A stretch of DNA of 64,000 bases from Bacillota bacterium (GTDB lineage: Bacteria > Bacillota > Clostridia > Christensenellales > DTU072): contig JAEXAB010000003.1 of assembly GCA_023394875.1 (NCBI GenBank), positions 364,334 through 428,333 on the forward strand, given 5' to 3'. The stretch's first letter is position 1, and every line of letters starts with the position of its first letter. Position numbers and translations under genes: made by a program. The notes beneath the pieces are model-generated. The model saw only the letters and a program-made list of their open reading frames with translations, ran no database searches and was not told the DNA's origin. Positions 28,642 to 35,250 of this stretch are shown here, in pieces.

Positions 28642-30666
28642 TTATCCGCCGTTTTTCAGCGTTTCTATCAATATTTGATACTTTCTCTTTTCGTCTAAGA
28701 ACTTCTGTTCGGCTTTTTTGTAGTTTGTTATATCGTTCATTGCCGCATACAGCAAATATCTGTCCCCTTTTTTGGCAATAAACATAACGCTCACTTCCAG
28801 CCATATGACACTACCGTCATAGGCGTACCTTCTGTACTCTCCTTTGACGGGTTTTTTTAAAGAAATTGCCTTTTTAATAAGCTTTTCCAAAACAGGCTTG
28901 TCTTCCTTAAATACTTTTGATGCGGCATTAGTGTTATCCCCTTCAAAATATTTGTGGCGGGTGGTCTTCATAATTTCAAAATATTGGTCGTTACACCTAA
29001 TAACCTCCACGTTGCCGTTATAAGCCTCTATTATGGCAAGGGCGTTTATTGCTGTATTGAAAAGATCGTTAATAGCTCCGTTCATTTCCCAAAGCTCGGC
29101 GATTTTTAATTGTAGCTCTTCACTTACCCTTTCGCTCTCTTCCTCATACTTATATTTCTTCGCCGCGTTTATATATTCGCTAACTTCCATAGCTTCGGCA
29201 AAAAAACTTCCTTGTCCCATATTGCATCCGATGCTGCGTAAAAACTCTACTTGCTCCCTTGTCTCCACTCCGCCGGCAATAACCGGTATACCAAACCACT
29301 TTGCCATTTTTATTACCGAAGTAAATATATTACGTGGTTTTACACCGCTTTCCCCTTCGGCTGTTAAGAATTTCATATCTATTTTCAAAATGTCTATGGG
29401 AAAATCCTTGAACATATTGAGAGAAGAATACCCGCTTCCGAAGTCGTCCATTATTATACTAAAACCGCATGCCTGCAGTTCTCTAAGGACTTTTAGAAGG
29501 CTCTCATTATCGCTGTAATATGCGCTTTCTGTTACTTCCAACTCTATTAACTTCGGCAAAACGCCGTATTTGCTGACAATTTTGTTTAATTTGGTCACTA
29601 TTTCGGGGTCGTACATGTTTACTCTTGATACGTTGACGGCAACAGGGCGCGTTACCGCTCCACTACTTATTGACTTACCTAAAAATGCGCAAACCTCTTC
29701 CCAAACATAGTTATCAAGCTGGGCGATAAATCCGTTCTTTTCAAATACAGGTATAAATTTAGCGGGCGGAATTTCCCCTTTTGTGGGATGAATCCACTTT
29801 ATAAGGGCTTCGGCTCCCACAACGCTATTTGTATTAAGATTGTATTTCGGCTGATAATAGACAACGAATTCCTTATTCTTAATAGCCTTTTCCATATCTA
29901 CAACTATTTCTTGTTCAGCCGTTACTTTTTGGAGCATATCTTCATCGAAAACGGCGCAGACCTTGTTATATTGTCCTTTTATAGTTTTTGACGCCATAAT
30001 AGCCCTATCGACCATAGACCTTACTTCTAAATTTCTATCCCTAATAAGATAAACGCCCAAATAAGGAAAAACTTTGAAATTGATAGTATAAATATCCGAT
30101 AATTCCTTGCTTTTATTTGAAATTTTATTTATTGCGCTTTCGCTGTAAGGTAAAAACAACACGAACTTATCATCGCCAATTCTTCCGTACGTTACTTGCG
30201 GATGCTCATCAAAAGACCGTAAATTGTCGGCAATATAGCAAAGCAATTTATCCCCTGCCATTTTTCCGTAATATTCGTTAATCAACCTAAACCGCGCAAC
30301 GTTAATGGTTACAATCATAAAGTCAGTTTCTGTCTCGTCTTTAAGCTGTTTTTCCACTACTTTTACAAAATAAGGATAGGTATAAATACCCGTTAGTTTG
30401 TCATAAATGGAATCTCTGAACATTTTATTGCGCCTGACAAGCACTACGGATATAAAAATAACCGCCGCAATAAGGGCGATTATCAATAAAAGCAAAGAAA
30501 AAAATATGTATAAAAACTTGGTGTTATCGAACAAATTTTCTATGTTCGCAAGCATTTCCATTCTGATTTCGGAGATAGAAAAAGAAAGGCTCTTAATAAT
30601 ATCAGAGCCGCCAAAAGCATTGTTACCCATGCTTTTTAATATGCCTTCACCGATTATTTCTTTCAT
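28642..30666 (-). CDS. Membrane-anchored c-di-GMP phosphodiesterase with degenerate GGDEF, EAL and C-terminal PAS-like domains
   Basis: One transmembrane segment (FLYIFFSLLLLIIALIAAVIFISVVLV). The GGDEF position reads GRIGDDKF. EAL motifs are intact: EALIKW, ELEVTES, DDFGSGYSSL and GGVETREQ. Confidence 0.85.
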   Translation of the reverse strand: MKEIIGEGILKSMGNNAFGGSDIIKSLSFSISEIRMEMLANIENLFDNTKFLYIFFSLLLLIIALIAAVIFISVVLVRRNKMFRDSIYDKLTGIYTYPYFVKVVEKQLKDETETDFMIVTINVARFRLINEYYGKMAGDKLLCYIADNLRSFDEHPQVTYGRIGDDKFVLFLPYSESAINKISNKSKELSDIYTINFKVFPYLGVYLIRDRNLEVRSMVDRAIMASKTIKGQYNKVCAVFDEDMLQKVTAEQEIVVDMEKAIKNKEFVVYYQPKYNLNTNSVVGAEALIKWIHPTKGEIPPAKFIPVFEKNGFIAQLDNYVWEEVCAFLGKSISSGAVTRPVAVNVSRVNMYDPEIVTKLNKIVSKYGVLPKLIELEVTESAYYSDNESLLKVLRELQACGFSIIMDDFGSGYSSLNMFKDFPIDILKIDMKFLTAEGESGVKPRNIFTSVIKMAKWFGIPVIAGGVETREQVEFLRSIGCNMGQGSFFAEAMEVSEYINAAKKYKYEEESERVSEELQLKIAELWEMNGAINDLFNTAINALAIIEAYNGNVEVIRCNDQYFEIMKTTRHKYFEGDNTNAASKVFKEDKPVLEKLIKKAISLKKPVKGEYRRYAYDGSVIWLEVSVMFIAKKGDRYLLYAAMNDITNYKKAEQKFLDEKRKYQILIETLKNGG

Positions 30667-30809
30667 CCTTTTCCCTTAAATTCTCCGCATACGTATAGTG
30701 TAAACCGTTTTTTTCATTATAAGTGACAATGTCAGTAAAAGTCAATAAGGAACTAAAAAATGTTCGCCTGGAGTTGACAAAACCATAAAAAAAATATTAT
30801 AGTTGTCCT

Positions 30810-31286
30810 ATGAAAATTTTAATTGTATGTTCCAGTAACGTTTGCAGAAGTCCTTACGCAGAATTTTATCTGCGCCGCCTTATTAACGCCGATGAAAATA
30901 TGAAATCAAAAATTGAGTGGGTAAAAAGCGGAGCAGTCTTAAACAAATCTTTTTTGCGGCTCTTTGATAAAGCCGAAGTGTATATGCGTATACAAGGTTT
31001 CTCCGAAGAGGAAATTTTTAGCCACAAGCCCGCGTATTTTTGGCTAAATAAGCAACGCTTCCGCGATGCCGACGTAATTATTTGCATGACGAAGTTCCAT
31101 AAATATCTTGTTCCCAAAAAATACCGCCAAAAAATGCTTACCCTATCGGAGGCGGCAATCGGAGAATACGTAAAAATCCCCGACCCGTTTATTTTGAGAA
31201 CTCAGGAAGAATACAATGAAGCTATGAAACAGTTGGAACACTATCTTGACCTTTACTTTGAAAAACTGAAAAAAGAATTAACTTAG
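30810..31286 (+). CDS. Low-molecular-weight protein-tyrosine phosphatase / ArsC-like
   Basis: N-terminal CX5R(S) P-loop in ILIVCSSNVCRSP, plus a downstream DPF motif. 158 aa. Confidence 0.8.
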   Translation: MKILIVCSSNVCRSPYAEFYLRRLINADENMKSKIEWVKSGAVLNKSFLRLFDKAEVYMRIQGFSEEEIFSHKPAYFWLNKQRFRDADVIICMTKFHKYLVPKKYRQKMLTLSEAAIGEYVKIPDPFILRTQEEYNEAMKQLEHYLDLYFEKLKKELT

Positions 31287-31351
31287 ACTATAATCGCCAA
31301 TATTTTTATTGCAAAACCAAATACTTTGTAATATAATAGTATGCGCAATAA

Positions 31352-31428
31352 CGAGGTGTAGCGCAGTTTGGTAGCGCGCTTGGTTCGGGACTAAGAGGCC
31401 GTGGGTTCGAATCCCGCCACCTCGACCA
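31352..31428 (+). tRNA. tRNA-Pro (anticodon CGG)
   Basis: Acceptor stem CGAGGTG/CACCTCG, anticodon stem-loop CTTGG-TTCGGGA-CTAAG, T-arm GTGGG-TTCGAAT-CCCGC, encoded CCA. 77 nt. Confidence 0.93.
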
Positions 31429-31431
31429 TAC

Positions 31432-31462
31432 AAAAAGGGAGGGTAGTTTACTCTCCCTTTTT
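31432..31462 (+). terminator. Rho-independent terminator after tRNA-Pro
   Basis: AAAAAGGGAGGG-(loop)-CTCTCCCTTTTT hairpin followed by a T run. Confidence 0.8.
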
Positions 31463-31742
31463 GTATCCGTTTGAAAAAAAGGCGGGATTCGAACACCGTT
31501 GGGGGCGTTTTCCGTTATTATTTTGCCCCTGTGCGGGCGAAATTAGGAAAACGGGAATGTGCTGTAGGCTTGAAGCACAAGCGGCATATCTGTATAAGTG
31601 CTGAACTCCGGTGTAAGTAGGAGCCAATTTTTCGAAGGTCACTTCCGGCTTGCTGTATACAGCTTCAAAATACCAATCATAAGTAAAAAAATGAATAGTC
31701 TTATGTTTGAATTCCTCATCGTCGGGTTTTGCTTTTGTATAG

Positions 31743-31749
31743 AAAAAAA
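31743..31749 (+). repeat. A7 homopolymer at the n-region of a lipoprotein signal peptide
   Basis: agAAAAAAAtc lies directly after an in-frame TAG (31740-31742) and directly before the sequence encoding IVGILILLTIVIGILFTFSGC. Confidence 0.9.
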
Positions 31750-31811
31750 TCGTTGGAATACTAATTTTATTAACTATCGTTATTGGTATATTATTTACTT
31801 TTTCGGGTTGC

Positions 31812-32735
31812 GTGTCTACTTATAATTCAAAACCGGGTCCCATTGAAGAGGTATGCGGCACGTATAAATTATCAAAATATGAAAAGAAAGACGAAAACGG
31901 CGAAAATTATGATTATAAGTCAGCTAACGGCATTTCCGCCTATATGATAGTAAAAGAGGACGGCTACGGCTATTATTTTTATAAAGATAACGTAACTCCG
32001 CTAAAAAGCGAAACTACTCTCGTTACTTTTATTAACGACGAAGAAAAAACCGAACTTATAAAAAGTATTGACGTAACAACAGGTGCCGATGTAAAACAAT
32101 GGGATAAGAAAGTAGGTTGCGGAGACGAACCGCAAATGGGCTTTAACGTAAAAAACCACACTCTAAATTGGACAATTCATTCCGGCACAGCAAATTTCGG
32201 GACAAAAGAGGTTGAATATTCTACCGTTCATTATACAAGAATAAGCGCAGACACTTCCTTTGAAACGGTCGGTAAAGAACTTAATACCACCATAGCCGAA
32301 CTTCCCAGATACGAATTAAAGAGAATAACAAGCCCTCTTGTTTTAGTGGACAATCAAAGCGCCACCATGCCGAAAAGATTCGAATACTTTATCGTTGATA
32401 TTGATACTATTAAACAAACGGCTGATATTTATTATCAAAAAGTCGGCGGAGAAGAAATTGCCATAAATAATTATGACGGTTTTGAAATTACTTTTGGGGA
32501 AGCAAATGGCAACAAATACGCAGAAATAACCTTAGATAAAGACAAAACCGGAGAGGATATTTTAATCGGGCATAATTTTACAGGCTATTGCGATTATAAA
32601 AAAACCGCCCCAAGTATTTTTTGGTTTAACGATGAAGTCTGGCAAAATGATACCTTGAATATGTATTACGGTGAAAGTAAAACAATAAGTGAAATAATCG
32701 CCGAATTAAAATCTATAAATAATAATGCCGAATAA
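31812..32735 (+). CDS. Hypothetical lipoprotein; the canonical GTG start falls after the lipobox Cys
   Basis: 307-aa ORF from GTG 31812. The same frame is open from 31743 and encodes KKIVGILILLTIVIGILFTFSGC with no ATG, GTG or TTG codon. See findings. Confidence 0.7.
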   Translation: MSTYNSKPGPIEEVCGTYKLSKYEKKDENGENYDYKSANGISAYMIVKEDGYGYYFYKDNVTPLKSETTLVTFINDEEKTELIKSIDVTTGADVKQWDKKVGCGDEPQMGFNVKNHTLNWTIHSGTANFGTKEVEYSTVHYTRISADTSFETVGKELNTTIAELPRYELKRITSPLVLVDNQSATMPKRFEYFIVDIDTIKQTADIYYQKVGGEEIAINNYDGFEITFGEANGNKYAEITLDKDKTGEDILIGHNFTGYCDYKKTAPSIFWFNDEVWQNDTLNMYYGESKTISEIIAELKSINNNAE

Positions 32736-32761
32736 TAAAATTCTAGTTGGTACAATAACAA

Positions 32762-32788
32762 AAAATCATTTCGCAGGGAAATGATTTT
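32762..32788 (+). terminator. Rho-independent terminator after the lipoprotein gene
   Basis: AAAATCATTTC-GCAGG-GAAATGATTTT hairpin. Confidence 0.6.
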
Positions 32789-32852
32789 CTCATTTATTAG
32801 CGTGTTCAAAACTTATGGTCAATTTTAGACTTTACCCGTGAACGGGTAAAGT

Positions 32853-33779
32853 CTATTCAAACAACTCTGTAGACAAATATCTATCTCCGCCGTCGGGGAA
32901 AATAACTACTATGTTTTTATTCTTATTTTCCTCTCTTTGGGAAAGCACCTTAGCAGCATAAAGGGCGGCGCCTGAGGAGATGCCTACCAACGTGCCGTCT
33001 TCTCTTGCTATCTCTTTGGCGGTAGATATGGCGTCTTCGTCGCTTACGGTTATTATTTCGTCAACTAGTTCACTGTCAAAATTATCGGGAATGAAGTTTG
33101 CGCCGATGCCTTGAATTCTGTGCGGAGCGGCATAGCCTTGCGAAAGTAAAGGTGAGGCTTTGGGTTCCACTGCGACTACTTTTATATTACTATTTTTAGC
33201 TTTTAGGAATTCCGCTATACCTCTTATTGTTCCTGCGCTGCCTACCCCTGCCACAAAAATATCCACGTTGCCGTCTAGGTCTTCATATATTTCTCTGGCG
33301 GTATTTTCTCTATGGGTTTTCGGGTTGGCTTTGTTGGAAAACTGATAAGGTATAAAGCTGTCCGCTATTTCTTTATGCAGTCTTTCGGCTTCTTCAACAG
33401 CTCCTTGCATACCTTTTGCTCTGTCGGTTAGAACTAGTTCGGCGCCCAAAAAAGCAAGTAGCTTTCTTCTTTCTATACTCATTGTTTCGGGCATAGTAAG
33501 TATACAACGGAGTTTCTTTACCGAACAAACCATGGCAAGCCCGATTCCCGTATTTCCGCTAGTCGGCTCTATTATGGCTGTATTCTTACCAATAAGTTCT
33601 CTTTCCTCTCCGTCGTTTATCATAGAAAGGGCAATCCTGTCTTTAATACTGCCCGCTGGGTTAAAATATTCCAGCTTGGCAAATATTTTGGAAGCTAAAT
33701 TATACTTCTTCTGATAATTAACTAGTTCCAAAAGAGGCGTTTTGCCTATTAAGTCGGTAATGGAACGGTACGTGTTCAT
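32853..33779 (-). CDS. cysK: Cysteine synthase A (O-acetylserine sulfhydrylase)
   Basis: 308 aa. DLIGKTPLLEL...LEYFNPAGSIKDRIA contains the PLP-lysine motif, and TSGNTGIGLA is present. Confidence 0.92.
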   Translation of the reverse strand: MNTYRSITDLIGKTPLLELVNYQKKYNLASKIFAKLEYFNPAGSIKDRIALSMINDGEERELIGKNTAIIEPTSGNTGIGLAMVCSVKKLRCILTMPETMSIERRKLLAFLGAELVLTDRAKGMQGAVEEAERLHKEIADSFIPYQFSNKANPKTHRENTAREIYEDLDGNVDIFVAGVGSAGTIRGIAEFLKAKNSNIKVVAVEPKASPLLSQGYAAPHRIQGIGANFIPDNFDSELVDEIITVSDEDAISTAKEIAREDGTLVGISSGAALYAAKVLSQREENKNKNIVVIFPDGGDRYLSTELFE

Positions 33780-34729
33780 AATCCCTCCGAAAATTCCAGT
33801 AATTTTTTAACGTCAAAGTTTGCGCCCTTAACTGCAACGGATAAGGAACTTGCCTTGCAGGCAAACATTAATGCTTTTTTTAGGGTTTCTTCTTTAAGGT
33901 TGTCAATATTAAGAACATTTTTTTCAAAATAATAAAGGAAAGAGCCGATAAAAATATCTCCCGCGCCTGTGGTGTCAACTACCGTTTCTACCTTGTAGCC
34001 CGAAAATTTTACCGCAAAATCCTTAGTAATTGCCATTGCGCCGTCTGCCCCTAAGGTAAGCAACAACAATTTTGCTCCATTACTAAGCAAACTTTTTGCT
34101 CCTCTTATAATATCGGTATCGTCTGTAAGAAACTCCACTTCGTCATCACTCACTTTTAGGATATCGGCATATTTACAAAATTCCAAAACGGTGTTTTTTA
34201 GTTCCTCTTTGCTATCCCAAAGAGGAAAACGCAAATTAGGGTCAAAGGATACTATCCCTTTGTTTTTCTTTGTATAATTTATAGCTTCTATATGGGCGTA
34301 TTTCGTGGGGCATTCTACCAAGTCAACCGAACAAAAATGCAGGATATTATTATTAAAATATTCTTCTTTTAGTTCTTCTTTATCAATGAGCATATCGCTG
34401 CCCGGCTTGCGGTAAAAGGCAAAATCTCTGTCGCCGTTCTTATCCAAACTGACAAAGGCAAGAGAAGTGTTTGCTAAATCGGTTCTTAATATAAGTGAAG
34501 TATCCACGCCCTTTGACATTAAGGTAGCAATGATAAAATCCCCGAAAGCGTCAAAGCCTAGTTTCGTTAAAACCTTTCCCTCTCCGCCTAGCGTTGCGTA
34601 AGCTGTCGCTACGTTAGTAGGCGCCCCGCCTAAGTGCCTTTCAAAATTAACCACTTGAGATAACGGCACACCTTTTTCTTTTGGTATAAAATCTATGAGG
34701 GCTTCTCCGATTGCTATCAAACTGCGCAT
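33776..34729 (-). CDS. PfkB-family carbohydrate kinase (fructokinase-like)
   Basis: 317 aa with N-terminal IGEALIDFIP and C-terminal DTTGAGDIFIGSF motifs. It overlaps the cysK start by 4 nt. Confidence 0.8.
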   Translation of the reverse strand: MRSLIAIGEALIDFIPKEKGVPLSQVVNFERHLGGAPTNVATAYATLGGEGKVLTKLGFDAFGDFIIATLMSKGVDTSLILRTDLANTSLAFVSLDKNGDRDFAFYRKPGSDMLIDKEELKEEYFNNNILHFCSVDLVECPTKYAHIEAINYTKKNKGIVSFDPNLRFPLWDSKEELKNTVLEFCKYADILKVSDDEVEFLTDDTDIIRGAKSLLSNGAKLLLLTLGADGAMAITKDFAVKFSGYKVETVVDTTGAGDIFIGSFLYYFEKNVLNIDNLKEETLKKALMFACKASSLSVAVKGANFDVKKLLEFSEGL

Positions 34730-34763
34730 AATATTTCTCCGATATTTTTATTCCGTTAAATAG

Positions 34764-34792
34764 AGGATACCCTTGCAAAGTATATTTGTCAA
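34764..34792 (-). promoter_or_regulatory. Candidate promoter of the pfkB-cysK operon
   Basis: The minus strand reads TTGACA (34792-34787), a 17-nt spacer, then TATCCT (34769-34764). Confidence 0.35.
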
Positions 34793-34933
34793 TAATATAG
34801 TAATAATTTTACGCTGTTTTCAATAAGGTTATTTTTATGCCCCTTTTGGTATACCAAATCAGCGTGAATTCTTAGCTAATAAGATGCCATTACAAACTAA
34901 ATTTATTCTATCTGCGTAATTTCCATAATTTTA

Positions 34934-35070
34934 CCCTGATTTGGGATAATTTAGGGTAATTGAAACAAGCATTTTATAGTATTTTCGCCGTTGAAAAAAT
35001 ACCTTTAATTACCCTTAATTTAGGTGCCCATAATTGCGATTATAGTTGTTTATAACTGCCCAAATCAGGG
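34934..35070. repeat. Nested inverted repeats in the gene-free region
   Basis: Outer pair, perfect 12-mers: CCCTGATTTGGG (34934-34945) and CCCAAATCAGGG (35059-35070). Inner pair, 13 of 14 matching: AATTTAGGGTAATT (34948-34961) and AATTACCCTTAATT (35007-35020). Confidence 0.8.
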
Positions 35071-35072
35071 AC

Positions 35073-35133
35073 TTATCCACAATTATTCAAAAAGTTATCC
35101 ACAATTATGCACAGTTATCCACAGTTTTTCACA
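35073..35133 (+). promoter_or_regulatory. Head-to-tail DnaA-box array
   Basis: TTATCCACA at 35073, 35095 and 35115. TTATGCACA at 35105. One-mismatch boxes TTATTCAAA at 35083 and TTTTTCACA at 35125. All share one orientation, and the last four are spaced exactly 10 bp apart. Confidence 0.7.
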
Positions 35134-35195
35134 TTTTGTAACTATTCTGTTGCTAGGTTACAATAAGGTAATTTTTGTTTAAGTTACCCAAACTG

Positions 35196-35224
35196 TTTAC
35201 TAATATGCTTATTTAAGATATAAT
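35196..35224 (+). promoter_or_regulatory. Sigma-A-type promoter of the 526-aa LRR lipoprotein gene
   Basis: TTTACT (35196-35201), a 17-nt spacer, TATAAT (35219-35224), an AGGAG RBS, then the ATG at 35251. Confidence 0.5.
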
Positions 35225-35250
35225 TAACTTGCTTAATTATAATTAGGAGT

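Noticed and set aside
31470-31500. The T-arm-like GGTGTTCGAATCCCGCC on the minus strand as a second tRNA or the 3' end of tmRNA.
   Set aside because: No acceptor stem or CCA follows it, since a T7 run comes directly after CCCGCC. The putative T-stem pairs poorly, and no D-arm or anticodon arm can be drawn upstream.
31519-31560. The minus-strand sequence CGCACAGGGGCAAA resembles the 5' part of the c-di-GMP-I (GEMM) riboswitch, and a c-di-GMP phosphodiesterase gene is nearby.
   Set aside because: The rest of the GEMM consensus (GNRA hairpin, ACGCAAAGCC block, second stem) is absent, and no minus-strand gene lies downstream of it.
32826-32855. The perfect hairpin TAGACTTTACCCG-TGAA-CGGGTAAAGTCTA overlapping the cysK stop codon, as a terminator.
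   Set aside because: No U-tract follows it on either strand. It may still be a stabilising 3' stem-loop, but I cannot support a terminator call.
35073-35133. The DnaA-box array as the chromosomal replication origin (oriC).
   Set aside because: No dnaA, dnaN, rpmH or other origin-proximal gene occurs anywhere in the 64 kb. I could not find a run of DnaA-trio-like repeats next to the boxes. Essential and highly expressed genes to the right (tyrS, ileS, nifJ) are still on the minus strand, so there is no clean leading-strand switch. I keep it as a non-origin cluster hypothesis, but only whole-genome skew can settle this.
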